64,000 bases of DNA, from assembly GCF_006345805.1 (NCBI RefSeq), contig NC_043002.1, positions 54,250,001 through 54,314,000 of the forward strand. Direction: 5' to 3'. Origin of the DNA: Octopus sinensis (Eukaryota). How positions within the stretch are numbered: position 1 is the stretch's first letter; each line of letters opens with the position of its first letter. Below are positions 22,915 through 36,103 of this stretch, one piece after another. The notes beneath the pieces were generated by a model, which saw nothing but the letters and a program-made list of their open reading frames with translations, made no database searches and had not been told where the DNA came from. The position numbers were made by a program, and so were the translations under genes.

Positions 22915-23404
22915 TACATGTGAGTTCTCTAGACATCCTAGTGGTTGAGGCTATACTCATGAAGTAATGTAGATAATTAAGTAATAATTAAGTAGATAAT
23001 TAAGTAAAATTTATCGCCTGTGAATATGAAATTCCTCTTCATTTCTCTGGAAATTTACATCTACACCACTGGAAATTGTGCATCTATACAAAGGATTAAT
23101 TCACCCTCTCTGTAATGCTAATAAGCAGGAATTGAGACCCACCTCGTTGTGATTAACAATGGATAAATTTGTCTTCTGTGAGTATGTAATCCCTCATCAT
23201 ATCTCTGGAAATTCATATGTGCACTATGGATTAGGTCACCTTCTCTGTGATGCTATTAAAACTTTTTTAAAATTCTGTGATAAGACTGTACATCATCTTT
23301 AAAGAACTTTAATGAACTTTGGAAATCTGTTTATGTTACTTAATTATCTACATTACTTCATGAGTATAGCCTCAACCACTAGATGTCTAGAGAACTCACA
23401 TGTA

Positions 23405-23495
23405 TTTTAGCTGATGAGTACGGGACACGTTTATATGCTGTAATTTTTGCAACTTTTAATAAAGCCTGTCCTTGTATGAAACGATTGTACTAAAA
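23405..23495 (+). ncRNA. Type-I hammerhead ribozyme (right arm); predicted cleavage after GUA at 23489
   Basis: TTTTAG-CTGATGA-GTACGGGACA...TGTCCTTGTAT-GAAA-CGATTG-TA-CTAAAA; 6-bp stem I and intact core. Confidence 0.85.
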
Positions 23496-25065
23496 ACCTA
23501 TCCATTCTTGTTGCTTCTTTCTCGCTTATAATCACCCCACATTACTGTATGTTAAAACAGTATAGTTTTTTTTTGGTGCATCTAAGTTAGGTACCATATT
23601 CAAGTAAATTCATTTAAATTAACTTGAATCTTTATTGCTTTTTGTATATATATATATATATATATATATACCCAGATACTCAAATCCTTCGAACAGACTA
23701 CAAAATGAATAAAAATATTATTTCAGGTGAAGAAATATATATGCAGTTATTTTTTTTTTTTTACGGGAGCACAGATTTTAATCAATTATCACCACCATCA
23801 CTGTCCACTTTTCTATGTCTGCATGGATCAGACAGTATTTATTAAGGCAGATTATCTATGGTCAGATGCCCTTCCTGTCACTAACCCTCAACTGATTCCA
23901 AGTAAGGTAATATATCAGTTGGCATTAGGAAGGGCATCCAGCAGTAGAAACCATGCCAAATCAGACTAGAGTTTGATACAGCCTTCCAGCTTGCCAGCCC
24001 TGGTCAAACTGTCCAACCTATGCCAGCAAGGACAATAGACATTAAATAATGATGATTTAAATATTTGGGTTATGAGAATTATAGAAATGAAAAGGTTTTT
24101 TGCACAAACATGAAGCCATGTATTTTTATGGGAGATAAGGTGAAATATAATCAATCACACTATTTGAATGAAAGCTATCAACTTTGATATAATGAAACAG
24201 CAGTCAATCTTGGCAAGATTTAAACTCAGAATGTAAAATGAATACACTAAATATTGCTATACATTTTCTGGTACCCGACCAATTCAACTGAAGATTATAA
24301 TATGAATATGAATTTGAAATTATAATAAGAACATAAATAATCTATAGATCAAAATCTTTAAATGTGAGTTATGAATCATTTGTGGAGATATAAGGAAAAT
24401 ATTTGGTAAGGTATATACAATGGCTAACAAAACATCAAACAAATGATAAAATACATCCCACTTTAGAAAGAATATTTTTCTCAGAGAAAATCTATTTTCT
24501 ATCATATTTATATATATGAGTGTGTGTGTATGTTATATCTATATTTCAGTAATTATATACATATATGTGTGTGTGTGTAAATACACACATACCTATATTT
24601 TATGTCTGTATGAATGTATGTATATACACATATATATACACACAAAAATACAAATGTTTTATGTTCAGGTATGAATGAGATGTTCCTCGTGCTCAATTGT
24701 TAATTACCACACAGTTACTATTACACATAACTGCATATCTTTTTATATTTCCCTTGTTTTTATTGTGTGTGTGTTTTTTTTTCTGCTGTTTTGATTCAAA
24801 GCAAAAGAAAGTTTTGAAAAGTAATTTGGAGGGTACAGTTTTGTCCACCAAAACTTTATACAAGATTTTTCAGAAATCAACAATAAATTAAAAAAAAAAA
24901 AAAAACTCCAAACATACATAATCAACTTAGAGAACAGTTTCATAACAGCAAAATGGAACAGAATTTTATGTTTGCCTTATATATACATATGTATAAATGT
25001 ACGTTTGTATAAGCATGTATATGTATAAACTAAAAATCCAGTTACAATACTATATAAGGCTTTGC

Positions 25066-25149
25066 TTATTCCTCAATACTTAGCTCAAAGTTCTCAATTT
25101 CATCAAATTCATTGCTCATGCGTTCAGCCCACTTTTCCATTTCTCCATT
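25066..25149 (-). CDS. CDCA5: Sororin/CDCA5 homolog, last coding exon (Sororin C-terminal motif)
   Basis: After a strong acceptor (polypyrimidine + TTCCAG): NGEMEKWAERMSNEFDEIENFELSIEE*. This matches the vertebrate Sororin C-terminus (LDEWAAAMNAEFEAAEQFDLLVE, recalled). Confidence 0.88.
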   Translation of the reverse strand, partial: NGEMEKWAERMSNEFDEIENFELSIEE

Positions 25150-25269
25150 CTGGAATAAATAAAAAAAAAAGGTTATAAATGTCTATTATTTACTTTTATT
25201 CAAGAAAAAACTATTAAATCAATTCAAGGTTGCTTCCCAGTTACCTCCCTTACGAATCTTGGCTATTCA

Positions 25270-26544
25270 TTATAAACATTGTTTATAAACGTTGATTCAT
25301 AGGCGCCAATGAAAGAGCCTCTCTACAATCAATCACTTGTCCTACAAAAAACAGCAACCACATTTCCCTCGAATAACACAATAAGATTGACTTTAGTCCT
25401 AGATAGACTTTTGTCTAAAGACCCAATGGATGATCAAGCCTGAGCTGAGGCCAAGCAACAAGAGATTGTCTGTTTCTGTTTTATTTTTTTTTCTCTTCTT
25501 TAAATTACTTATCTGGAGAACAGGTTTTGCTTTTGACTTATGCAGATTCAGAGACTGCTAAAAATAATGTGCTTTACATGTAAAGAGAGGGGAGGAACTA
25601 TCAACTGAAAACCACCAAGTTATCTGCAACCTGACACTATCTACAAGAGAGAGAGAAGTCACAAAATTGGTTAAGTCTAGAGCAATTTACAGGATAAAGA
25701 TGAATGAAGGGATCAGAAACAAAAAGTAGACACTATTGCATCTAAATTCAGAGACCTTCCTAAATAAACTGACAATGCTGAAATGGAGGAGGTTTTGTTC
25801 AGCAGTTTCCTCTTCAGCAGTAAAATGCTGAAGACAAGAGTTACTCAGACTAGAATCAGGTAGTAAAAGAACCACTAGAAAGTTTTAAATGCCATGAAGC
25901 TAAGAAGGAGACTTACAAAGCTTGGCTTGGAAACAAGTCATCCCTTTTGCTCAAGTGGTACATTGAGGCATGTTAAGTTGCAGAGACAGTAAAAACATCC
26001 AAGGCTAAGCTATGGGAGAAATTTTGGATTAAACAGGACTGACTTTGGTTTGGCCAATAAAGTATACTAGCAGACCACCTGCAAACATTGTAACAAGTGC
26101 TCTTTCACCCCTGCCATTAAGAACTCTGGTTCTTTTCTCTAGAGATGAGCATTCTTAAGAGGAGAGAATGCTTTGCTGATTTCCTAAATCTAATCATAAA
26201 ATTTTCTAGCAGACATGATGTGCATCTAAGGGCAAAAATTAACAACACAAAGAACTAAGTCATAGAGGCAATGAAATTCAGCCCAAAATGTTAAGAGATC
26301 TTGAATAGAGATGGCATTTTCTGGCTAACTTGTGTATGTCAGGTGGCTTGGATCTCTGAATGACACCAAAGCAATGGCAATCTCGGGAGATAGTCCAAAT
26401 TTTTTAGAAAGAGAGACAAGAAAGTGTACTCTAATTACAGGGGATGTATTTCAGCAATATAATAACAGGGCTAATGTAGACGTTGGAATTTGGCAAGTGT
26501 GTGTATTGTCACTCCTTTGCATAATTTTTATGAACTAAATTGAC
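25270..26544 (+). mobile_element. Old, decayed RTE-clade (Expander-like) LINE, 5' part
   Basis: Relic frames KTSKAKLWEK, SNYRG, VDVGIWQVCVLSLLCIIFMN (QGC-type RT motif); continues at 30262. Confidence 0.6.
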
Positions 26545-29500
26545 CCGGTATGGGCCCCTATCCAGGGTTACGGAAAGGAGACAACCTTCAAAGAAATCCG
26601 GAGTGGAGCCCCGAAGGCGGTCTAGTGTTCGACTCGACACTCTTCCGGCAGCTCCTGCAACCAAGCTGGTGCCAAACGTAATGCACTGCACTCCTTTGGA
26701 CTACATCAGCAAGGTCAAGAGAGAAAACCTGACGATTGGGCTACCCAGGACTTTCTTATCTCTAGCCCAGGCCTGCGCAAAACTGGAGAGGACACTTCAG
26801 TGCTGCTGTAAAAAGCTGCAGAAACAACACAGGAGGTAACAGTCACGAGTGATAAGTCCATTCAGATTGGCGTAAAATATAGGCGCTACGGGTTACCTGT
26901 GACGGTGGGAGGGACCTCCATGTCCTATTGGTTAGCTACTGCCCACCTCAAGCTGGGCAGCCCCCAGTTAATAAGGTGCTGACCCGCCACAGGCCGCCTG
27001 CTTCATTGGGTGCTTGGAGCTAAGAGTATGACTTGAAAAGCGGCCTGCAACCTCTGCACCAAGCAAACAACTAAAAGTCAAGAAAACACCAGTCCTGCGG
27101 TTGGCAAGCTGGAATGTCAGGACCATGTGCCCTGGAATATCTGATGATCTACTCAGGGTTGAAGACACAAGGAAAACGGCCATCATTGACCGTGAACTAA
27201 AGAGGCTCAACATAGACATTGCTGGGCTACAGGAGACAAGATTTCCCTCAAACGGCAAACTCAAAGAGCAGGATTTCACCTTCTTTTGGCAGGGAAAAGA
27301 TCCAGAAGAACCTCGTCAACATGGCGTTGGCTTTGCAGTGAGAAACTCACTACTCTCCTCAATAGAACCACCATCAGGAGGCACTGAGCGTATCCTCTCA
27401 CTGCGCCTCTCGACTTCTTCTGGCTCAGTACATCTACTCAGCATCTATGCTCCCACTCTCTACAGCTCAGAGGAGACCAAGGACCAGTTCTACAAAGATC
27501 TCAACTGTGTCATAGAAAATATACTAACGACTGAAAATATCTACCTTCTAGGGGATTTTAACGCTCGCGTGGGATCTGACCATGATTCGTGGCCCATTTG
27601 TGTTGGACACTTTGGTATTGGCAACATGAATGACAATGGTCAGAGACTACTCGAATTCTGCACATACCACAACCTGTGCATCACAAACACATTCTTTACC
27701 AACAAGCCATCCCACAAGGCATCTTGGAGACATCCAAGATCTCACCACTGGCATCAGCTGGATCTCATCATTACACGGAGATCCTTTCTGAATTCTACTC
27801 TATTGACCCGCAGTTACCACAGCGCGGATTGTGACACAGACCACTCACTAATTAGAAGTAGGGTGAGGATTCTACCTAAAAAAGTCCATTGCTCCAAGAA
27901 AGTGGGCCGACCACGCATTAATACTGCCAGAACCTCGGACCCTACACTGCAAAAATGTTTTGCTGCTTCTATCAAGGTTTCCCTCAGTGGCTGCCCAACC
28001 TCCTCAGCTGAAAGTAGGTGGAACTATATCAGGGAAGCTTTGTATACGACATCAATAGATACTTTCGGCATGAGAGAAATGCAAAACCCAGATTGGTTCA
28101 ATGCTGGGCTCTCAGAGCTGGAGCCAGTTATCGAAGCAAAGCGTGCAGCTCTGATGCTATACAAGAGTGACTCTTCTACAAAGTCACTTGAAGAACTCAG
28201 AAAGGCACGAAATAAAACCCAACTGACAGCCAGACGCTGTGCAAATAGGTATTGGCAAGAAATCTGTCAGAGTATCCAGTCAGCTGCTGACAGTGGCGAC
28301 ACCTGTGGGATGTATGCCGGTTTGAACAAGGCCCTCGGTCCATCCGCAACCAAGTCAGCCCTTCTGAAATCAACTACTGGAGATCTCATCAGGGATCAAA
28401 GCAAGCAAATGGATAGATGGGTGGAGCACTACCAGGATCTCTACTCACGGGAGACTACAGTGGCTCAGGCTGCAGTCGAGTGTCAAGATCTTGCCAGTCA
28501 TGTGCGAACTTGACAGTCTGCCATCTATAGCAGAGCTCATCAAGGCTGTTGACTCTCTAGCAAGAAACAAGGATCCGGGGAAAAGACGGCATCCCCTCAG
28601 AGATCATCAAAGCCGGCAAAAACACCATCCTGCTTCGGCACCTTCATGAGCTTCTGTGTCAGTGCTGGGAAGAGGGTACAGTCCCTCAGGATATGCAGGA
28701 AGCTATCATTACGCTTTACAAAAACAAAGGTGACCGTGGTGATTGTAACAATTACCATGGAATATCTCTTCTAAGCACTGTTGGAAAGACCTTTGCCCGC
28801 GTTATCCTGGCCAGGCTACAACTACTTGCTTCTCGAATCTATATACCGACTATCTATTCTCCATACGCCAACTTCAGGAGAAGTCCAGAGAGCAGAGAAT
28901 GCCATTATATATGGCCTTCATTGATCTAACAAAGGCCTTTGACTCGGTAAGCAGAACAGGCCTCTTCACCCTACTCCAAAAAATCGGATGACCACCAAAG
29001 CTGCTGAGGATCATCAAGTCTTTCCATGATGACATACATGGCACCATACAGCACAACGGTTCAACATCAGCCGCCTTCCAAATAAAAAACGGGGTAAAGC
29101 AAGGTTGTGTCCTCGCTCCTACATTGTTTGGCATCTCCTTCTCGCTCTTACTCTCACATGCCTTTCAGACATCAGATGATGGAGTGTTTCTGCACAGTAG
29201 AAGTGACGGGAAACTGTTCAATCTCTCGTGCCTGCGTGCCAAGACCAAAATCAGAAATGTCCTGATCAAGGAGATGATGATGCCGCTCATTAACTGTTTT
29301 GAGCAAGCATGTAACAACTTTGGCTTAGCTATCAGCCTTAAGACCAACATCATGGGCCAGGCTACATTGGACATCCCAAACATACATATTGGAGATCACA
29401 GATTACAAGAGGTGGAGAAGTTTACCTATCTGGGCTCTACCGTCACCTACAACCTATCCCTCGACGCTGAGCTCAATATACGCATTGGCAAGGCAGCTGC

Positions 29501-30249
29501 TGGAATGGCCCAACTCTCCAAACGGGCTTGGGACAACAATAAGCTGACCAAGACCACGAAAATGAAGATCTACCAGGCATGTGTACTTAGCATTCTACTG
29601 TATGGAAGTGAGACTTGGACGCTATACACACGCCAAGAGTATCGCCTAAACATCTTTCACCTGCGCTGCTTCCAGAAAATCCTCCACATCAAATGGCAGA
29701 ACCATATCCCCAACAAAGATGTCCTCAGGCAAGCAGGAATACCAAGCATGTTTGCACTCCTCACACAAAGACGTATGAGATGGCTTGGGCATGTTAGCCG
29801 TATGAAAGATGGCAGAATCCCCAAGGACATACTCTACGGAGAGCTTGCTAGGGGTACTAGGTCTGTGGGTAGACCGCTCTTACGTTACAAGGATGTTTGC
29901 AAAAGGGACATGAAGGCCTGCAACATCAATATTAGCGGTTGGGAGGCAGTTGCCGGCAACCGTGGAGACTGGCGACGTACCGTAAGAGAGGGAATACAAA
30001 GGAGTGACAGAGAGAGAGAGAGAGAGAGAGGAGAAATGGAAAGACAAGAAAAGACGTCAACAAGAAATTATGGCATTACAACCAGCCAGGAACAGTCTTC
30101 GCTACATTTGCGGTACCAGCCAGAGGGAGTGTTTGTCCAGGATAGGACTACACAGCCACAGCAGGAAATGTATCAGGACATGAAATGTAAAAGCCGGACT
30201 AGACTACTTTATGCGCAACTCCATTGTCTCCCAAGACAAAAAGGATGCC
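26545..30249 (+). mobile_element. Near full-length RTE (BovB-like) LINE inserted into the older RTE
   Basis: APE ORF 27101-28513 (ASWNVRT, LQETR, GDFNA, DTDHSL); frameshifted RT (KQGCVLAP; LRWLGHV-type RMRWLGHV); 3' end AGGATGCC. Flanks AACTAAATTGAC (26533-26544) and AACCAAATTGAC (30250-30261) form the TSD. Confidence 0.92.
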
Positions 30250-30261
30250 AACCAAATTGAC

Positions 30262-31030
30262 ACACACAGCCACTGTGGCAGAGACATCACAGTCAGTTGA
30301 TATTTGCTACTTGGCTCATCAGAGTGATCTCCAGCATGCATTGAATAGATTCCCTGCAAAGTGCTACAAGGCAGAGATGAGAACTAGTGTTGCAAAAACT
30401 GAGGTACTGGTTTTTTGCATGTTAGTGGAATGTCACTGAGACAAGTGGAACCATTTAAGTACCTTGGAGTCATATCCATGAGTGATGGGAAGCAGGAGAT
30501 TGAATTGGGCACATGAATTGCTGGTGCTGGCACAGTAGTGCACCAACACCAGCATTCAGTACTAAGAAGAGGAGAGGTTGGTAAAAAAAGGCAAAACACA
30601 CTATCTTCAATTCAGTTTTTGTACCTATCCTCACCTATGGTCATGAATGTTGGGTATGACCAAAAGAATACAATTACAAATACAAGTTGCTGAAATGGGG
30701 TTCTCCCAGAGGATTTCTGTAGTAAAGTTACTCAACAAGGTGCATAGCTTGGAAATCAAGGAGTCTCTACAGGTCAAGTCACTACATCTCCACATTGAAT
30801 GGTCACATCTCAAGTACTACAGACATGCAATTAGAATATCACAGGAAAGAATCACAAGATGGATTCTCCAAACCAAGCTAACTAGCAGGAGCTCTAGGAG
30901 TAGACCAAAAACAAGATGGTTGGATATTATCCATAGTCTCAAATGGTCATGCTTGGTAATTCAGTCAGAAAATTTGATTACATCTGATAGAACTGAATGG
31001 TGGAGGTGCCTAAGGACTTTACTTCAATGA
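30262..31030 (+). mobile_element. Old RTE (Expander-like) LINE, 3' part
   Basis: SDLQHAL, KTEVL, FKYLG, PILTYGHECW and RPKTRWLDII motifs in broken frames. Confidence 0.75.
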
Positions 31031-31161
31031 TTCTCTCAGGAATAGTGGGTGGAGATGGATAAATACACTATATCTGTGTAACAGACAAGATGACCATAGG
31101 TGAAATACTTTAATCAAGGATTAGGTCAGACACTAGAAGCCAAATTACCATAACTGGAGAC

Positions 31162-33163
31162 TTATGAATTACAATATCCTATCATTAATTCCTTTTTACA
31201 ATAGTAAGTAATAGATAGAAATATAGATATCTTATTTTGTATTGAGTACGAAAATGCTGCATAGTGTCAAATGACATTGATAGATGGATACTGTCTTTAC
31301 CTTATATAAAATAACACGACAATCATTGAACAGCCATGATTAATGGTTTTAGACAGCAATAGAATAAAGTTTGAATAAAAGCCTTCTTTGAACTGGTTTA
31401 TGACAAATTTTATTCAAACTTTATTCTGAAAAGATGCCAAAGTGTTCGAGAGGACCCTACCAGACAACCCAACTGAGGAAGATTATATTTACTGGAAACA
31501 GATGCAACATCTTCATAGCAAAAGCAAAAGTTCCAAATGAATCTAAACTGGAGGTACTCTTAGTCCTCTGTGGAGCAAAGACCTACCCCATCATCAAAAA
31601 TTCAAAACCATCAATACAGCAATAGAACATAATGATGTGCCCATAAGCTACAAACTTGAAAACAAAAGGAAAATGAGTCTATAGAAGAATTTATGTCAAG
31701 CCTTCAGTCGCTGGCCAAGAAGTGTAAAATCCAAGCTCTAATAGCAGACCATTACTGAGAAATTCTAATTGGTGATGCCTTTGTGGCTGGGCTTCAATCA
31801 CCATCAAACAGATAAAGACTTCTCGTGTCATCAGATGACAGCTTAGAAACACTCTATAAGCTTGCTCAAACCATGGCGGTGGCAACTGAAGACACTTGTA
31901 ACTATCACAAGGCTCAGCTGGAATCTATCAATATCACTACCTATTGGTAATAGTCAATGAATACTGAAGGTACCCATTCGCAATACCCATGCAAAAACAC
32001 AAGTACGGAAACAGTAATTTCCCACCTGCTCAACCCCTTTTCATTGCTTGGATCACCAAGTTGTATCCACTCTGAGAGAGGAACCCAATTTGATAATAAG
32101 AAGCTCCAGGACTTCCTTCACGCTAACAGGACAATAAAAACTAGAACATCTCCCTATCAAACTTAAGGTAGTGGCCAATGTGAAAGGACCAACGGTACCC
32201 TCATGAAGGCCATAAATCTAGCACTTAGTTCCCTACAACTAGATAAAGGACAATGGTTGACAGCCCATCCCATGGCACTATCACCATGAGAGGACTCCTC
32301 TGTACAGCTACGAACACAACTCTTCATAAGCGAATGTTTAACTTTTCAAAATAATCGGCAGTGGAACCATTCTACTTGAATTCCTCCAAAATACCAGAAG
32401 CATACTATTGCATCGTCAACATCTCAGAAGGGGGATCCACTTGCAGAAAACGTTAAATTGTTGGAGACAATTTCTCCCCACTTTGCATGCGTACAATTTG
32501 GAAACGGATAAAGAGATACAGTGTCAACACACAATCTTTCAATCAAGGAAGCAAAGATAACACACAAACACAACCACGGTTAACTAGACAAACAGCATCC
32601 GATACTGAACAAGATCTACAAATAATAAATCAACAAGGAACCAACCCTGACAGTACACTAATACAAGCAATGTATCAATAAGGAAACGGAGCTCAGAGTC
32701 TGGCACGTGAAAATATGAGATTACCAACTGGCAAAGAGCACCTGAATAGTAAGGCTAACAAAACATGTGAAAAATACCCGATTGAGAATAACACAGGTAA
32801 CAAAACACCAACTATTCAAGGACAAAAAGAGACGAGAAAACTGAGATCAGGATGAATTATCAAGACTCCATTTTATCTAAAGGAGTATATGTTTTGAATG
32901 CATCATGAGTAACTTTTCACTCAGCAGGTAAGACAGTTATGAATTATAGTATCCTATCATTAATTCCTTTCTACAATAGTAAATAATAGATATCTTATTT
33001 TGTATTGAGTATGAAAATGTGGCATAGTGTCAAGTGACGTTGATAGATGGGTACTGTCTTTACCTAATATAAAACAACGCATCTTAATCATTGAACAACC
33101 ATGATTAACAGATTAGATGGCAAGCAGAATAAAGTTTGGCCTTCTTTGAACTGGTTGATGACA
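31162..33163 (+). mobile_element. Internally deleted, decayed Gypsy LTR element
   Basis: Diverged LTR pair 31162-31405 and 32937-33163, both ending ATGACA; gag relic ENESIEEFMSSLQSLAKKC; integrase relic IHSERGTQF...GQCERTNGTL. Confidence 0.8.
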
Positions 33164-33600
33164 GGCACCTTATTAGATTTAGTTCTAGAATGTCATAGAT
33201 CAGTTTAACCGTTTGGCTTTCAAACTAAACATATCCAGCCCAAATATTGTTTTATATTCAAACCAGTCAGATATGGCCTTTCACACTCACCCTACAATGT
33301 CATTCTAACAATATACAATCACATCATCAAAATTTTGAAGCTATTAGATGATGCATGATTAATTCAAGCAAGGTGAATAAATAAGCATTACAATTGACAC
33401 CATCATCATCTTCGTTTAGCGAAGATGATGATGATAGAAATCTGAATGTTAATGGATTGAGCAGTGCTGACCAGGGATATGGAAACAACACAAAGTTTAC
33501 AATTCTTCTACCGGGCTTTAACTCAAACCTATTAACAGGTCAGACTAAAGCCAATTTTATGTACAACATGCTGTCAGTGAATCTCTACACAAATGCATAC

Positions 33601-33669
33601 CTTTCGGACTGGTTCCTTTATTCTTTACTTTTGACTTGCAATTTTTCTTTTCTTGCAATATACTATCTC
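33601..33669 (-). CDS. CDCA5: Sororin/CDCA5 homolog, candidate 69-nt internal exon
   Basis: Acceptor TTTTCTTCACAG and donor AAG|GTATGC. Only the phase-1 frame is open, (G)DSILQEKKNCKSKVKNKGTSPK, which matches the phase-1 donor of the previous exon. Confidence 0.7.
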
Positions 33670-35874
33670 CTGTGAAGAAAATAAATACAGAAATGAATAC
33701 ATCACTACCATAGTTGTAAACAATTTTAAAAACAATTTCATGTTAAGATTAACTCTTTGACATTTAAGCCAGCCATAACCAACAAAAATATTTTATCTGC
33801 TTTATGATCAAACTGGCATGATCCGGCCTCTCACGCCAACCCTACAATATCATTTAAAACATCAATAGTTACCTCTTCAAAATCTCACGGCTACAACATA
33901 ACGCATGATTAATACATCTTTTACATGTTGCTGACATGGGTGGCAATTATGTCACCAGCACTGGCCAAGTGAAATCATAGTCATGGCTAGTGCCAATGAC
34001 ATGCAAAATGCACCCAATACACTATGGAGTGGTTGGCATTAGGAAGCATATCCAATCATAGAAAACAAGCCAAAACAAACTGGAGACTGGAGCAGCTCTC
34101 TGCTTACCAGCTCCATTCAAACCATCTAACCCATGCCAGCATGGAAAACAGACTCTAAACAATGATGATGATGAATGAGAATTAATAATTACTTGACAGA
34201 ATAATATGAAAGCTAAAGGGTTAATATTTAGAAACTATTACTTCTTATCACTGGAACATTTGCATCAACATGAAGTTGCAACTGGTTCACTTTCTGATCC
34301 TATTCAGGTTGTTTTATTCCTGAATATGTGTACTGCACATACATACACACACACACCAGCACACAAATAAGTTTGCTCTAACAAGTTCCATCTGACTCAT
34401 GTAAACATGGAAAACTGCATGTTAAATGATGAAGGTATTGGTATATGAGGTAGAGTCTGAAAATCAAACAGTGCAGTTACAGCTCTGATTTTTTCGGGGT
34501 GGGGGTAAGTATATAGTATATCAGGTGGCATATTAATAGTAAAGTACTGGATAGAGTGCTTTTGTGGAGTTTTGTTCCAGGTGTCTGTACTCTGAATTCA
34601 AATGCTGCTTATGAAGTCAACTTTGGCTTCTATCCTTTCAGGTTGATAAAGTTGCAATCCAGTATGGTAAACAGAGAGCAACGGACAAGATACATTCTGG
34701 TATCTGTTCCTTCTGTTTGAGTTTTGATTCCACCTCCTATCACTGGTCTCCTTATGACAGAAAACGGTTCCTTCAGGGACCAGTTATATAGCAGTAGGCC
34801 TACCATGTCAGATAAAAGTAACATCTCAATCACTCAAAACAAGCAGACCTACATATAAGCAGAGTAAACACTAGGAGGGGGAAAAAATCCAGTCCAGTGT
34901 GTCCTTTCTGTGTTAAAATTGTAGGGTATAATTCAAGACTTCCAGTTGACAGGTTGATTAACTACAAAGAGGTCTCTACATTTGCTTGTTTAACAGCTAT
35001 AAAATGGAGAGATGCGTTAGATCATCTTGCTTTTTACAGAGTGATCTGTCTTCCTTCTAGCTAATTGTAAGAACTACTGTACAAGATGATTTTGATCATT
35101 TTACTGCTTACTTTTCCATGCTTGCATAGGTAGGATGGAACTTTCTTCCTGAGGTAAATTTTTTTTATGGCCAGATGCCCTTCCTGCCACCAATCCATTG
35201 GTAATGACATTGCATCGTAGATGAGTATCACCATCATACAAGCAATATTCAAAACAAAAAGAGACAAATATACACACACACAGTGGACTTCTTTCAGTTT
35301 CCATCCACCAAATTCACTGATAGGGGTTTGGCCAGTCTGGGACTCCAAGGTACCAAGCAGTGGGACTGAATTTGGAACCAAATAGTTGAGAAGTAAACTT
35401 CAACCATATAGCTGTAGCTGCCCCCAAACGGTGTGTATATTTGTATGCAAAAAAATCAGATCACAGGCCTGATTTCCTTTTAAATTTCAGATATCCTGAT
35501 CATTTGAGAATGTCTTTAAAATCTTTTTAATGTCATAAAGACATTAAAATGTCTTAAGGGATTTTAAAAGATTTGCTTAAAATTATGTCAAGCAGAACTC
35601 TATCTGATCAAACAGACCAGCAGGTTGACTTAAATCTAAGCAACAAAACTTGCTAGATTAGCAATTTTCCTAGAGAAAGTATATTGTATTCAACACTCAG
35701 TTGAACCTAACTTTATAACACCAGTTTTTATTTCACTTGTTCTCCACCCATCAATATTTGAATACTTCAGATATAAATCATCAGGTAATGATAATGTTCT
35801 ACAAGACAATTTTCAACAAAACTTCAGTAACTACTACTATTCACTGGTAAATATTTATTTTGTAGGAATACCGT

Positions 35875-36060
35875 TTTACTTGTTTCAGTCATGTGACTGT
35901 GGCCATGCTGGAGCACCACCTTTAGTCAAGCAAATCGACCCCAGGGCTTATTCTCTGTAAGCCTAGAACTTATTCTTTTGCCGAACTGCTAAGTTACAGG
36001 GACATAAATACACCAGCATCAGTTGTCAAGCAATGTTGGGTGGGGGGGACACACAAACAC

Positions 36061-36103
<43 letters not shown>

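Larger units (their letters stand above)
22794..23525. mobile_element. Non-autonomous PLE-type element with ~190-bp inverted repeats, each carrying a hammerhead
   Basis: 22794-22984 is the reverse complement of 23336-23525 (1 substitution and 1 indel seen). Confidence 0.88.

Noticed and set aside
26545-26950. HDV-like ribozyme in the RTE 5' region
   Set aside because: A candidate P1 (GTCAC/GTGAC followed by GG) exists, but no consistent P3/L3 or J4/2 could be built.
31137-31145. Minus-strand TTT GGC TTC (FGF) as the missing Sororin motif exon
   Set aside because: It is bracketed by in-frame TAA and TAG with no usable acceptor.
34640-34790. Plus-strand acceptor CCTTTCAG followed by an open frame (VDKVAIQYGK...)
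   Set aside because: No recognisable protein and no supporting neighbouring exons.
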